A stretch of 24,501 nucleotides of DNA, from contig URNE01000001.1 in the NCBI GenBank assembly GCA_900549045.1, forward strand, positions 1 through 24,501, given 5' to 3'. Below the pieces are notes generated by a model. That model did not search any database. It had not been told where the DNA came from and worked only from the letters and a program-made list of their open reading frames with translations. The stretch's first letter is position 1, and each line of letters begins with the position of its first letter. Below are positions 1 through 9,414 of the stretch, in pieces. The translations under genes and the position numbers were made by a program. Source of the stretch: an uncultured bacterium (lineage in GTDB: Bacteria > Verrucomicrobiota > Lentisphaeria > Victivallales > UBA1829).

Positions 1-58
1 CCCGTATATTCATTCTATTATAAACGACAGAGATTGAACAACAGGAGGAGTTTTCATC

Positions 59-1240
59 ATGGTCAAACTTGGAACCGCTCTCACTTCCGGCGCCGTCAAG
101 GTGCTTTTGCTCGGATCGGGCGAACTGGGAAAAGAAGTCGCGATTGAAATGCAGAGACTCGGAGTCGAAGTGATCGCGGTTGACCGCTATCCGAACGCGC
201 CCGCGATGCAGGTCGCCCACAGAAGTCATGTCGTCAACATGCTCGATGCAAAGGCGCTCCGCGAGATTGTCGAACTTGAGAAGCCCGACTACATCGTTCC
301 GGAAATCGAAGCGATTGCGACGCCGGAACTCATCAAACTGGAGCAGGAGGGATACCATGTCATCCCGAACGCGCGCGCAACCTATCTGACTATGAACCGC
401 GAAGGAATCCGCCGTCTCGCCGCGGAGGAACTCGGTCTGCCCACCTCAAGATACCGTTTCGCCGACAGCGAAGAGGAGTTCAAAGCTGCGGTCAAAGAGG
501 TCGGAATCCCTTGCGTCGTCAAGCCCGTCATGAGTTCTTCCGGACACGGCCAGAGCGTCGTCCGCTCCGAGGCGGATATCGACAAGGCGTGGCACATTTC
601 TCAGGAAGGCGGACGCGCCGGCGCGGGAAGAGTCATTGTGGAGGGGTTTGTTGATTTCGATTATGAAATCACCCTGCTGACCGTGCGTCACGCCGGCGGA
701 ACCTCGTTCCTCAAGCCGATCGGGCATCATCAGGTCGGCGGCGACTATCAGGAGTCCTGGCAGCCGCAGGCGATGACCGCATCCGCGCTCGAAAAGGCGG
801 AAGACATTGCAAAGAAGATCACGGACGCCATCGGCGGACGCGGCATTTTCGGAGTTGAAATGTTTGTGAAAGGCGACGAGGTGATTTTCAGCGAAATCAG
901 CCCGCGTCCGCACGATACCGGAATGGTTACGATGATTTCGCAGGACCTCTCCGAATTCGCACTGCACGCCCGCGCGATCCTCGGTCTGCCGATTCCGAAC
1001 ATCGCTTTCCACGGACCCTCGGCATCGAAGGCGATTGTCGCCGACGGCGTGTCGGATCATGTTTCGTTCAGCGGACTTGAGAGCGTCCTTGCGGCACCCG
1101 ATACTTCCATGCGGATTTTCGGAAAGGGCGAACTCAACGGGCATCGCCGTCTCGGCGTGCTTCTCGCCCGCGCAGAATCGGTCGAAAAAGCGGTTGAGCA
1201 GGTCAAGAAAATGAGAGACTCCCTGCGCGTTGAACTTTGA
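59..1240 (+). CDS. purT: Formate-dependent phosphoribosylglycinamide formyltransferase (ATP-grasp)
   Basis: Typical PurT motifs [42 protein letters not shown]; 393 aa; strong AGGAGGAG RBS at 43-50. Confidence 0.97.
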   Translation: MVKLGTALTSGAVKVLLLGSGELGKEVAIEMQRLGVEVIAVDRYPNAPAMQVAHRSHVVNMLDAKALREIVELEKPDYIVPEIEAIATPELIKLEQEGYHVIPNARATYLTMNREGIRRLAAEELGLPTSRYRFADSEEEFKAAVKEVGIPCVVKPVMSSSGHGQSVVRSEADIDKAWHISQEGGRAGAGRVIVEGFVDFDYEITLLTVRHAGGTSFLKPIGHHQVGGDYQESWQPQAMTASALEKAEDIAKKITDAIGGRGIFGVEMFVKGDEVIFSEISPRPHDTGMVTMISQDLSEFALHARAILGLPIPNIAFHGPSASKAIVADGVSDHVSFSGLESVLAAPDTSMRIFGKGELNGHRRLGVLLARAESVEKAVEQVKKMRDSLRVEL

Positions 1241-1248
1241 GAGCGAAT

Positions 1249-2436
1249 ATGATCCGGCTGCTGCTGACATTCCTTTGTCTCGCTCCCCTCTGCGCAATGG
1301 AGGAGGGGTTGAAAATCCGCATTCCGCAGGCGGAGCAGACCGTGCGTGTCTCCATTGAAGAGGAGGCGAATATCCGCGCGGAGGACCGTCTTCAGCCGCT
1401 CGCGAAAATCAAAGAAAAGACGCTTGCCGCGGTTCTGCTGGATACGGGAAAAGATTATCTCTGGATTCCCGGCCGGGATCTGACGGGAACGGGCTCCCTG
1501 CGGGTCGTGGACGCCTCGGCTGTGCTTGACGGGTCGGTTGCCGCGTTTCTGGAGACGGTCGGAAAGCGGGACGGAGCGCAGGGCGGACGGGTGGTTCTGC
1601 TTGATGTTCTCCGCAAGCGCATTGCAGGATATTTCACGGTCGGACGCAAACTTTCCGCGCTGCGGCTTGGAAACACGCTCGAATATGCGGTTGCCTTTGC
1701 GGAGGCTCAGCCGATGCTGAAACAGCCCGCCGGATTCGTCGTTGTCGATTTGAAGGAGGGGAAGGAACGCGCATTTCACCGCGCGGAAAAACCGGTGTCG
1801 TTTGCGGTTGCGGGGGCCTCGCTGTTCTTTGCGGATGCAAAAGGCGCGGTCCGGATGTTGAACCTGGAAGACGGAAATTCAAAAACGCTTTTTAGAGCGC
1901 CTGGCCCGCTTCTCCGTGTTTCTCCGGACGGAACGGCGGTGCTTGCCGCGGCGGAGGATGCGTTCTACCGGATCGACGCCGCGTCCGGCGAGGTCGCTTC
2001 AAAGGTGCCGCGCAAGGAGCGGTTCCGCATCGGGGAGCTTGTGTGCACGAAGCCGGACGGTTCGGGCTTTCTCTTTTCAACCCTTCCCGATATGAACGGG
2101 AAGAGCCGTCTGTTCCTTCATGTGGAAGAGAAGCAGCGGGAGATCGCGGCGGATTCCGCGGGACGTTTCGTCTGGCAGGAGAACGGACCGAATCTGTTTG
2201 TCATGCGGGTGATCAAAGGGCGCGTGTTCCGCTTGGATCCGGAGAGCCTGAAAGATTATTCCTCGTGCGAACCGAAGTCCCTGCGCCCGGCGACGCTCGG
2301 GACGGTGCGCTGGCTGTTTTCGGGCGGCGAACCCTGCGAACTGGTCGCCATGGATTCGCTCGGCTCGGTTTATACACTCAGAAGCGTCGGCAAACGCTGG
2401 CGCAAAACGCTGATAGTTGACGCCGGAAGGCGCTGA
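1249..2436 (+). CDS. Exported hypothetical protein, probable beta-propeller
   Basis: ATG at 1249 gives a signal-peptide-like MIRLLLTFLCLAPLCA. The body has short beta-strand repeats with propeller-type turns (VSPDGTAVL, YRIDAASGEV, MLNLEDGN, VVDLKEGK). The ORF fills the gap between purT and the next gene. Confidence 0.75.
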   Translation: MIRLLLTFLCLAPLCAMEEGLKIRIPQAEQTVRVSIEEEANIRAEDRLQPLAKIKEKTLAAVLLDTGKDYLWIPGRDLTGTGSLRVVDASAVLDGSVAAFLETVGKRDGAQGGRVVLLDVLRKRIAGYFTVGRKLSALRLGNTLEYAVAFAEAQPMLKQPAGFVVVDLKEGKERAFHRAEKPVSFAVAGASLFFADAKGAVRMLNLEDGNSKTLFRAPGPLLRVSPDGTAVLAAAEDAFYRIDAASGEVASKVPRKERFRIGELVCTKPDGSGFLFSTLPDMNGKSRLFLHVEEKQREIAADSAGRFVWQENGPNLFVMRVIKGRVFRLDPESLKDYSSCEPKSLRPATLGTVRWLFSGGEPCELVAMDSLGSVYTLRSVGKRWRKTLIVDAGRR

Positions 2437-2459
2437 AAGATGATTTGCAAGGACGATTC

Positions 2460-3653
2460 ATGCAGGAACTGATACTCAAGCCGGACGCTTTTGCCTATCG
2501 CGGCAAAGCCGTTGCCACGATGCCTTCGGGCAAACGCTGTTTTATTCGCGGCGGAGCGCCGGGGGATACTCTCCTGTGCGCGGTTGCGAAAGAGAAGAAA
2601 AACTGTGCGGAGGCGGAAATCAAAGAGATAATCGAACCCTCGCCGGACCGGATTCAGCCGGTCTGCCGTTATGCGGAGCTGTGCCCCGGCTGCGCGTATT
2701 CCCAGGTCGATTATCCGGTGGAACTTGAGTGGAAACAGAAACAGTTTGAGCGTTTCCTTCTTCATTCTCATCTTGCGGAGCCTTCGGCGATGCGGGAACC
2801 GGTTGCCGCATCGCGCCGCATGGGCTGGCGGAACAAAATCAAACTCACGGCCGAAAAAAACGGGGAAAAGATCCGGATCGGATACCGGATGGAGGACAAC
2901 AAAACGGTTCTTGACGTCCGCGAATGTCTCCTGGCGCGTCCGGAAATCGCGCGCCTGATGGATGAAAAACTCAACGATCCCGCCTTCCGCGCTTCACTTC
3001 CGGAGGGAATTTCCGCTCTGACGTTCCGCTATACGCCGCATGACGGCGCGCTTCTGCTGGAGGCGGAGGATTCGGAGGAGTTCCTGACCGATACCATTCG
3101 CCCTTACGGTGAGTTTGCGGTTCCGCGCGGCTCCTTCTTCCAGATCAACACGGAGATGGCGTCGAAACTCGCGGCGGAATTTCTGCGGATTGTGGAAGAG
3201 GTGAAACCGGAGGTGTTCATCGAACTTTACTGCGGCTGCGGCGTGTTTTCCGTGCTCGCGGCGGAGGCCGGAGTCGGCAAAGTCTACGGAGTTGAGCTCA
3301 ACTCGGACGCCGTCCGCGCGGCGAACAGGAATCTGCATGAGCATGGTCTGCCGCACTGCAAATTCCTTGCGGGCGACGCGGTCCGGATGCTCGGCCAGCT
3401 TCCGCTTCAGACGAAGCAGCGTCCGCTGATGCTGGTCGATCCGCCGCGCACCGGGCTGGAGCGTCCGGTGATTGACGCGCTTTCCGGAAGCGCGGCGCAT
3501 GACCTGGTTTATGTTTCGTGCGGACCCGATACGCTGGCGCGCGACCTTGCGCTGTTCCGCCGGCGGGGGTGGACCGTTGCGGAGACGGGGCTGTTCGATC
3601 TCTTCCCGTCGACGGCGCATTTCGAATCGCTGACCTGGCTGAAGCGGGGGTGA
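2460..3653 (+). CDS. rlmD: RlmD/RumA/TrmA-family RNA m5U methyltransferase with TRAM domain and [4Fe-4S] motif
   Basis: N-terminal TRAM-like region, C-x5-C-P-G-C plus a later Cys, SFFQIN, ELYCGCG SAM motif, VDPPRTGL, catalytic YVSC, DLFPSTAHFE. ATG 2460 preferred over TTG 2445. The exact RNA target is not provable from sequence. Confidence 0.85.
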   Translation: MQELILKPDAFAYRGKAVATMPSGKRCFIRGGAPGDTLLCAVAKEKKNCAEAEIKEIIEPSPDRIQPVCRYAELCPGCAYSQVDYPVELEWKQKQFERFLLHSHLAEPSAMREPVAASRRMGWRNKIKLTAEKNGEKIRIGYRMEDNKTVLDVRECLLARPEIARLMDEKLNDPAFRASLPEGISALTFRYTPHDGALLLEAEDSEEFLTDTIRPYGEFAVPRGSFFQINTEMASKLAAEFLRIVEEVKPEVFIELYCGCGVFSVLAAEAGVGKVYGVELNSDAVRAANRNLHEHGLPHCKFLAGDAVRMLGQLPLQTKQRPLMLVDPPRTGLERPVIDALSGSAAHDLVYVSCGPDTLARDLALFRRRGWTVAETGLFDLFPSTAHFESLTWLKRG

Positions 3654-3657
3654 ATTC

Positions 3658-4578
3658 ATGGCTGGGAGCTCATTCAATCCGGAGCTTGCGGCGGGGCATC
3701 GCGACCGGTTGCGGCAGAAGTACCGCAAGGCGGGACACGACGGCATGCTGGACTATGAAAAGCTCGAGCTTCTGCTGACTTACGCCATCGCCCGGCGCGA
3801 TGTGAAGCCGATTGCAAAGGAACTGCTGAAAAAGTTCGGTTCGATCTCCGCCGTCATGAACGCTCCGGAAAAACGCCTGACCGAAGTCCCGGGAGTCGGG
3901 GAGAACGTCGCGCTTCTGATTCAGCTCATGAAGGGGCTCTGCTCCGATTATCTCTATGAGCAGATCAAGGGACGCGAAGTCCTGTCGTCGACGGAAGAGG
4001 TGATCCGTTATGCGCGCATGAAGCTTGCCGGACTTGAAAACGAAGTCTTTATGGTCATCTATCTCAACACGCAGAATGAAATCATCGGCGACGAGATCAT
4101 GGTTGAGGGAACGATCGACCAGCTCTACATTCACCCGCGCCAACTGCTTACGCGGGCTCTGGACATGTCCGCGCGCGGCATTATCCTGCTGCACAACCAC
4201 CCGAGCGGCTCGCCGATGCCGTCGCCCGCGGACATTCAGCTGACGCGTGCGATCAAGATTGCGGCCTCCGCCGTGCGGCTGGATGTCGTCGATCATATCA
4301 TCATCGCGCGGAATGCCTGCTTCAGCATTACGGCGAACGAGCTGATCCCGCTGGACCGTCCGTTCGCTTCTCCTCCGAAGAAAGCGGAGAAGCCGAAGGA
4401 AATGACGCCCGAGGAGAAGCGCGCGGCCGCTTTCTCCGAACTTGCCAAACTCTCCGCAATCCACGACCTGAAGGATTGCGGGGAAATGACGCGCGATGCG
4501 GATTTTCAGATAGACGACCGCGTGGATTCGTATCTGAAGGCCTCCGACCGCAAAAAAAAGAAAGGACGCGGAGCATGA
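3658..4578 (+). CDS. radC: RadC family (UPF0758) JAB-domain protein with C-terminal extension
   Basis: GHRDRLR N-terminus, HhH VPGVGE, JAB motif E...HNHPSG-x4-S-x2-D, VVDHIII. Confidence 0.93.
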   Translation: MAGSSFNPELAAGHRDRLRQKYRKAGHDGMLDYEKLELLLTYAIARRDVKPIAKELLKKFGSISAVMNAPEKRLTEVPGVGENVALLIQLMKGLCSDYLYEQIKGREVLSSTEEVIRYARMKLAGLENEVFMVIYLNTQNEIIGDEIMVEGTIDQLYIHPRQLLTRALDMSARGIILLHNHPSGSPMPSPADIQLTRAIKIAASAVRLDVVDHIIIARNACFSITANELIPLDRPFASPPKKAEKPKEMTPEEKRAAAFSELAKLSAIHDLKDCGEMTRDADFQIDDRVDSYLKASDRKKKKGRGA

Positions 4579-4967
4579 TTTTCGGAATCGGAACCGACCT
4601 TGTGGAAATTGAACGGATCGCAAAGGTGCTTGCGCGTCACGGCGACCGTTTCACCGGTTACATCCTGACCGACGGCGAAGGCGCGGAAGCAAAACGCCGC
4701 GGCGACAGCGTCCAGTTCATCGCCGGACGCTGGGCCGCGAAAGAGGCGGTTGCAAAGGCGCTCGGCTGCGGACTCGGCGGGCGTTGCGCGTGGCGCGACA
4801 TCGAAGTGACCGGCTCCGCATCCGGCGCTCCGGTCGTGACGCTCTCCGGAGACGGCGCGCGCACGATGAAGGAGAACGGCATTGCACGGGTCTTCGTCAG
4901 CATCAGTCACGAGCGCGGACACGCTGTGGCGATGGCTGTTGCGGAAAAAAACGACATTCCCTCTTGA
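4575..4967 (+). CDS. acpS: Holo-[acyl-carrier-protein] synthase
   Basis: MIFGIGTDLV, AGRWAAKEAVAKALG, VSISHE. The ATG at 4575 overlaps the radC stop (ATGA). Confidence 0.95.
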   Translation: MIFGIGTDLVEIERIAKVLARHGDRFTGYILTDGEGAEAKRRGDSVQFIAGRWAAKEAVAKALGCGLGGRCAWRDIEVTGSASGAPVVTLSGDGARTMKENGIARVFVSISHERGHAVAMAVAEKNDIPS

Positions 4968-5015
4968 GATTTTTCAAAAACGGGTTAAAGTACTGATATG
5001 TCAGGAGGTGCGGCA

Positions 5016-5573
5016 ATGAAACGCGGAAAACTGGAAAGAGGACAGGCGATCGCGGAATTCACGGTTTCGCTGATTGCGATTCTGTTTGTGTTCCTCGGCG
5101 TGCTGGCGGTCAGCGTGCTTTCGATGGAAAACGTCTCGTGCCTGATTGCCGCGCGCGGCGAAGCGGACGTCGCATCCGCGCTCGGAACCTCGGTCGGCGG
5201 CGTTTCTCCGGAACCGATTCTCGAATGGGATTACGGTCCGGACCGCATTCCGTTCACCGCGGACGACAAGGCCGTGACGAGCGGGGATTCGGAGAGTCTC
5301 GCCGGTGAATTCGATACCTCCAGGGATCTGGCGGAGGGGGCGGACGTCAACGGCGTCGCTCTTGCGGAGCTTGCGAAATCGGGGCTGGTTGACCGGCAGG
5401 TGACGGAAGTCTCTTTTCTTACCGCCGCAAACCTGAACGGGTATTCGCATGAGGAGACGGATCCGCTTTCCAAACGCGGCCTCCCGGAGCTTCAGAAACT
5501 TCTCCGCCGGATGGTCGGCGGGGGCAAATTCGTATTGAAAGACACGGTTTTCATACCGGTGAAGGTGGATTGA
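5016..5573 (+). CDS. TadE/TadG-like pseudopilin (Flp/Tad prepilin-type N-terminus)
   Basis: Basic leader MKRGKLER, then G|QAIAEF (Glu at +5) and a ~22-aa hydrophobic helix; AGGAGG RBS upstream of ATG 5016. Confidence 0.7.
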   Translation: MKRGKLERGQAIAEFTVSLIAILFVFLGVLAVSVLSMENVSCLIAARGEADVASALGTSVGGVSPEPILEWDYGPDRIPFTADDKAVTSGDSESLAGEFDTSRDLAEGADVNGVALAELAKSGLVDRQVTEVSFLTAANLNGYSHEETDPLSKRGLPELQKLLRRMVGGGKFVLKDTVFIPVKVD

Positions 5574-6064
5574 TGAAACAGCGGATCGTACGGAAAATCA
5601 AAACGCTTGCCGAAGCCGCCGAATGGCGGAAGGGCCTGCGGGCGGACGGAAAAAAACTCGCGCTCACCAACGGATGTTTCGATCTGCTGCACCGCGGACA
5701 TGCGGAGTACCTGCTCGCCGCGCGCGAATCGGCGGACGCCCTCGTGGTCCTGCTGAATTCCGACGCGTCGATCCGCCGTCTGAAAGGACCGTCGCGCCCG
5801 ATCTGCGAAGAGCCGGACCGCGCGTTCATGCTGGCCTGTTTTGAATTCGTCGACGCCGTTGTCGTATTCGATTCCGAACGCTGCGACCGGGAAATCGCGG
5901 CGATTGCGCCTGACGTCTATGTGAAGGGCGGCGATTACACCGTGGAAAAGCTCGACCCGGGCGAACGCGCCGCCGTCTTCGGATGCCGTGCGGAGATCCG
6001 CTTCATCCCGTTCGTCCCCGGGCATTCGACAACCACGCTGATTGAAAAAAGCAGAAAATCCTAA
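5573..6064 (+). CDS. rfaE2: Stand-alone RfaE domain II (HldC-type) heptose-1-phosphate adenylyltransferase / cytidylyltransferase family
   Basis: TNGCFDLLHRGH (HxGH), LNSDASIRRLKGPSRPI, PDVYVKGGDY, GHSTT; TGATG coupling with the upstream stop. Confidence 0.88.
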   Translation: MKQRIVRKIKTLAEAAEWRKGLRADGKKLALTNGCFDLLHRGHAEYLLAARESADALVVLLNSDASIRRLKGPSRPICEEPDRAFMLACFEFVDAVVVFDSERCDREIAAIAPDVYVKGGDYTVEKLDPGERAAVFGCRAEIRFIPFVPGHSTTTLIEKSRKS

Positions 6065-6079
6065 AGAAAGGTTACAGAT

Positions 6080-6913
6080 ATGAGTTCCAGTTGTTCCGGA
6101 CATTGCTCCAGCTGTTCCTCTTCCTGCAATGCGGAGGAGAAACTTGAAAAGCGTCTCGCTTTGATCAAACACAAAATCCTCGTGCTCTCGGGCAAAGGCG
6201 GCGTCGGCAAAAGTACGGTCGCCGCAACGCTCGCGCTGACCCTCGCGCGCAAAGGCGCGAAAGTCGGTCTGCTCGACGTCGATTTCCATGGTCCCTCCCA
6301 GCCCACGCTGTTCAGTCTTCAGACCGTGACGCTGGAAGGAGACGACGACGGCATGATTCCGCCGGAAATCAGCGGCATTGAAATTTTCTCCATAGGGCTT
6401 GTCATGGAAGACGCCGACCGCGCGATCATCTGGCGCGGTCCCGCCAAGATCGGCGTGCTCAAACAGCTTCTGGAAGACGTTCAGTGGGGCGAACTCGACT
6501 ATCTCGTCCTCGACTTCCCGCCGGGAACGGGGGACGAGGTGCTTTCCGCCTGTCAGATGATCTCCGGTTCGAAGAGCGCGGTCATCGTTTCCACGCCGCA
6601 GGAGGTCGCGCTTGCCGACTGCCGCAAGTGCATCGACTTCTGCAAGCAGGTGGAAGTTCCCGTCGCCGGAATTATCGAGAACATGAGCGGCTTCGTCTGT
6701 CCGGACTGCGGACACCGCCACGAGATTTTCTCAAGCGGCGGGGGAGAGAAGCTTGCGAAACTGGCGGAGGCTCCGCTCCTCGCCCGGCTTCCGCTTGACC
6801 CCGCGTTCCTGAAGCAGTGCGACGCCGGCGATGTCGCCGGAGCGCTCTCTTCCTCTCCCGCGATTGCGGGCGAAATGGACAAGGCGGCGTCACTGATCAT
6901 TGCCCGCGGCTGA
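6080..6913 (+). CDS. mrp: Mrp/ApbC/NBP35-family Fe-S cluster carrier ATPase
   Basis: SGKGGVGKST deviant Walker A, DVDFHGPS, IIWRGP, DFPPGTGD, TPQ, ENMS..CPDC; Cys-rich N-terminus. Confidence 0.93.
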   Translation: MSSSCSGHCSSCSSSCNAEEKLEKRLALIKHKILVLSGKGGVGKSTVAATLALTLARKGAKVGLLDVDFHGPSQPTLFSLQTVTLEGDDDGMIPPEISGIEIFSIGLVMEDADRAIIWRGPAKIGVLKQLLEDVQWGELDYLVLDFPPGTGDEVLSACQMISGSKSAVIVSTPQEVALADCRKCIDFCKQVEVPVAGIIENMSGFVCPDCGHRHEIFSSGGGEKLAKLAEAPLLARLPLDPAFLKQCDAGDVAGALSSSPAIAGEMDKAASLIIARG

Positions 6914-6922
6914 GGAGATCCC

Positions 6923-8389
6923 ATGCCGGAGCCTTTGCTTGAACTCGATTCAATCGTCAAATCATTCGGCGGAACGCGCGTTCTGACGGGCGTTTCGCTA
7001 ACGGTCGCCCCCGGCGAAATCCTCGGGCTCGTCGGGGAGAACGGCGCGGGAAAATCGACGCTTGTCAAGTGCCTGCTCGGCATCCACCGCCCAGATTCCG
7101 GCACGATCCGTTTCCTCGGTCGTCCGCTGCGGTCCGGGGAGACGGGGATTGAGGGCATCCCGCAGGAGTTCAACCTTGTCAACGACCTGACGGTTGCGGA
7201 GAATATTTTTCTCGGGCGCGAACCGCATCGCTTCGGTCTTCTCGACCGGGCGAAAATGAATGCGGAATCGTCCCGTCATCTGGCGCGTCTCGGAGTGGAG
7301 ATCGACCCCGGACGCATGATCGACACGCTCGGCGTCGCGGAAAAACAGATGGTTGAAATCGCAAAGGCGCTTTCCGTCGAATGCCGGCTGCTGATTATGG
7401 ACGAACCGACCACGGTTCTGAACCGGAACGAAGCGGAAATTCTCTTCCGCATCATGCGCGAACTGAAAGCGGCGGGAACGTCGGTCATCTTCATTTCGCA
7501 CCGTCTGGAGGAGATTCGCACCGTCTGCGACCGTGTGGCGGTTCTGCGCGACGGCGTGCTTGTAAGCGTCGATCCCGCGCGGGAGCTTACCGCAATCGAA
7601 ATCGCTCAGCGGATGGTCGGACGCGAACTCACGCGGATGTTTCCCCCGAAGCATTATCCCGATACGGAGCATCCGGTTCTCGAAGTCTCAAATCTGACTT
7701 CCGGACGCGAAGTGCGCGGAGTTTCGCTTTCTCTGGGCAAAGGCATCACCGGACTCGCCGGGCTTGCCGGAGCCGGACGCACCGAGCTTGCGGAGACGAT
7801 CTGCGCCATTCGCAAGGGACGCGGGGAAATCCGGCTGAACGGCGAACTTCTGCACCTGAAAAAGCCCTCCGACGCGATTGCGCACGGCATTGTTTATCTT
7901 TCCGAAGACCGGCAGGGAAGCGGCATTCTGACCGAATTCCCTCTGGACCGGAACGTCACGCTCGCGAGTCTTGCGCGCTACTGCACAGCGGGTTTCATCC
8001 GCCGGAAGGACGAGGATGCGGCGGCGGAGGATTATGTCGCGAAATTCCGCATCAAAGCGGCGTCCGTTTCGGAGGAGCTGAAATACCTCAGCGGCGGCAA
8101 TCAGCAGAAAGTCGCGATTGCGAAATGTCTTGACATTCATCCGCAGGTTTTCATTTTCGACGAACCCACGCGCGGCGTCGACATCGGCGCGCGCAGCGAT
8201 ATATACACATTTATCAGCGAACTCGCGCAGAGCGGCGTCGCCTGTCTGCTGATCTCTTCCGACCTGGAAGAGGTGATCGGCATGTGCGAGCGTGTGTTTG
8301 TAATGCGCTCCGGCGAACTTGCCGGATGCGTCGAGCGCGAACATGTTACAGAAGAGGAGATCATGTACCTTGCAACCGGTATTCAGTAA
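6923..8389 (+). CDS. Monosaccharide (CUT2) ABC transporter ATP-binding protein, RbsA/MglA-like
   Basis: Two ABC domains: GENGAGKST, IMDEPT, ISHRLEE; degenerate second Walker A GLAGAGRT, EDR, LSGGNQQKV, FDEPTRGVDIGA. Confidence 0.95.
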   Translation: MPEPLLELDSIVKSFGGTRVLTGVSLTVAPGEILGLVGENGAGKSTLVKCLLGIHRPDSGTIRFLGRPLRSGETGIEGIPQEFNLVNDLTVAENIFLGREPHRFGLLDRAKMNAESSRHLARLGVEIDPGRMIDTLGVAEKQMVEIAKALSVECRLLIMDEPTTVLNRNEAEILFRIMRELKAAGTSVIFISHRLEEIRTVCDRVAVLRDGVLVSVDPARELTAIEIAQRMVGRELTRMFPPKHYPDTEHPVLEVSNLTSGREVRGVSLSLGKGITGLAGLAGAGRTELAETICAIRKGRGEIRLNGELLHLKKPSDAIAHGIVYLSEDRQGSGILTEFPLDRNVTLASLARYCTAGFIRRKDEDAAAEDYVAKFRIKAASVSEELKYLSGGNQQKVAIAKCLDIHPQVFIFDEPTRGVDIGARSDIYTFISELAQSGVACLLISSDLEEVIGMCERVFVMRSGELAGCVEREHVTEEEIMYLATGIQ

Positions 8390-8411
8390 TTTCAAGAAGA
8401 CGGCGGAGCGC

Positions 8412-9341
8412 ATGCTCCGGACTGCGGGCGGACCTTATGCGGCGCTTGTTCTGCTCCTGATCGTCTGCTGCGTTTCCAACGAGAGCTTCCGCAGTGTCCA
8501 GAACCTTGTCAACATCATGCGGCAGGTGTCATACAGCGGCATGATTGCGCTGGGCATGACGTTTGTCATTGCGGCGGGCGGCATAGACCTTTCGGTCGGT
8601 TCGCTGCTGGCCCTTTCGGGCGTGCTTTCGATTCTCGGAATGAACGCGCTTCCCGTCTCGCCCGAATGGGCGGCGGTGATTGCCGGTGTGATTGCCGTCG
8701 GCGTCGGAGCCGTCGGCGGAACGGCGAACGGACTGCTTGTTTCGGTCGGAAAGATTCCGCCGTTCATTGCGACGCTCGGCACGATGGTGATCTTCCGTTC
8801 GCTCGCGCTCTATTTTGCGGATTCCGGACTTGTTTCAACGGAGAACGAAGTGTTCCGGACGATTGGCGACGCCTCGTTTGCGTGTCTTCCGCTTCCGGTC
8901 TGGGCGCTGCTGGCGCTGACGCTTTTGCTTTCGGTTCTGCTGTTCATGACGCGCTTCGGCCGCCACGTCTGCGCGGTGGGGTCGAATGAACGCGTGGCGC
9001 GTTATTCCGGCATCCGGACGGGGCTCGTGAAGTACGGAACGTATCTGATAGCGGGTCTCGCTTCGGGCGTCGCGGCGTTTCTGTTCGGCGGACGTCTGAA
9101 CGCGGTCAGTTCGACGAGCGCGGGAACCTCCTATGAACTGGATGCGATTGCGGCGGTCATCATCGGCGGCAGTTCTATGAACGGCGGCCGTGCGACGGTG
9201 TGGGGAACGCTGGCCGGCGTGCTGATCCTCGGCATTGTATCGAACGTCCTGGATATGTGGGGAATCTCCGTCACTCTGCAGGGAACCGTGAAAGGCATCG
9301 TGATCATCGTTGCGGTGATGATTCAGAGAAAACGGGGCTGA
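8412..9341 (+). CDS. Monosaccharide ABC transporter permease, RbsC-like
   Basis: GMTFVIAAGGIDLSVGS, IPPFIATLG, TRFGRHVCAVGSN, YELDAIAAVIIGG; many TM helices; GGAG before ATG 8412. Confidence 0.93.
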   Translation: MLRTAGGPYAALVLLLIVCCVSNESFRSVQNLVNIMRQVSYSGMIALGMTFVIAAGGIDLSVGSLLALSGVLSILGMNALPVSPEWAAVIAGVIAVGVGAVGGTANGLLVSVGKIPPFIATLGTMVIFRSLALYFADSGLVSTENEVFRTIGDASFACLPLPVWALLALTLLLSVLLFMTRFGRHVCAVGSNERVARYSGIRTGLVKYGTYLIAGLASGVAAFLFGGRLNAVSSTSAGTSYELDAIAAVIIGGSSMNGGRATVWGTLAGVLILGIVSNVLDMWGISVTLQGTVKGIVIIVAVMIQRKRG

Positions 9342-9383
9342 AAAATCCCCATTTTGAGCAGAAAATCATGAATTGACGGGAGT

Positions 9384-9411
9384 GTGACGGACTGGTTCCG
9401 TCACTTTTTTT
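9384..9411 (+). terminator. Intrinsic terminator of the + strand run
   Basis: GTGACGGA (9384-9391), loop CTGGT, TCCGTCAC (9397-9404), then T7 (9405-9411); lies between convergent genes. Confidence 0.85.
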
Positions 9412-9414
9412 CGG

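Noticed and set aside
3658..4578. radC as a marker of a mobile element or defence island
   Set aside because: It is the full-length HhH+JAB chromosomal type among housekeeping genes; no integrase, transposase or att-like repeats seen.
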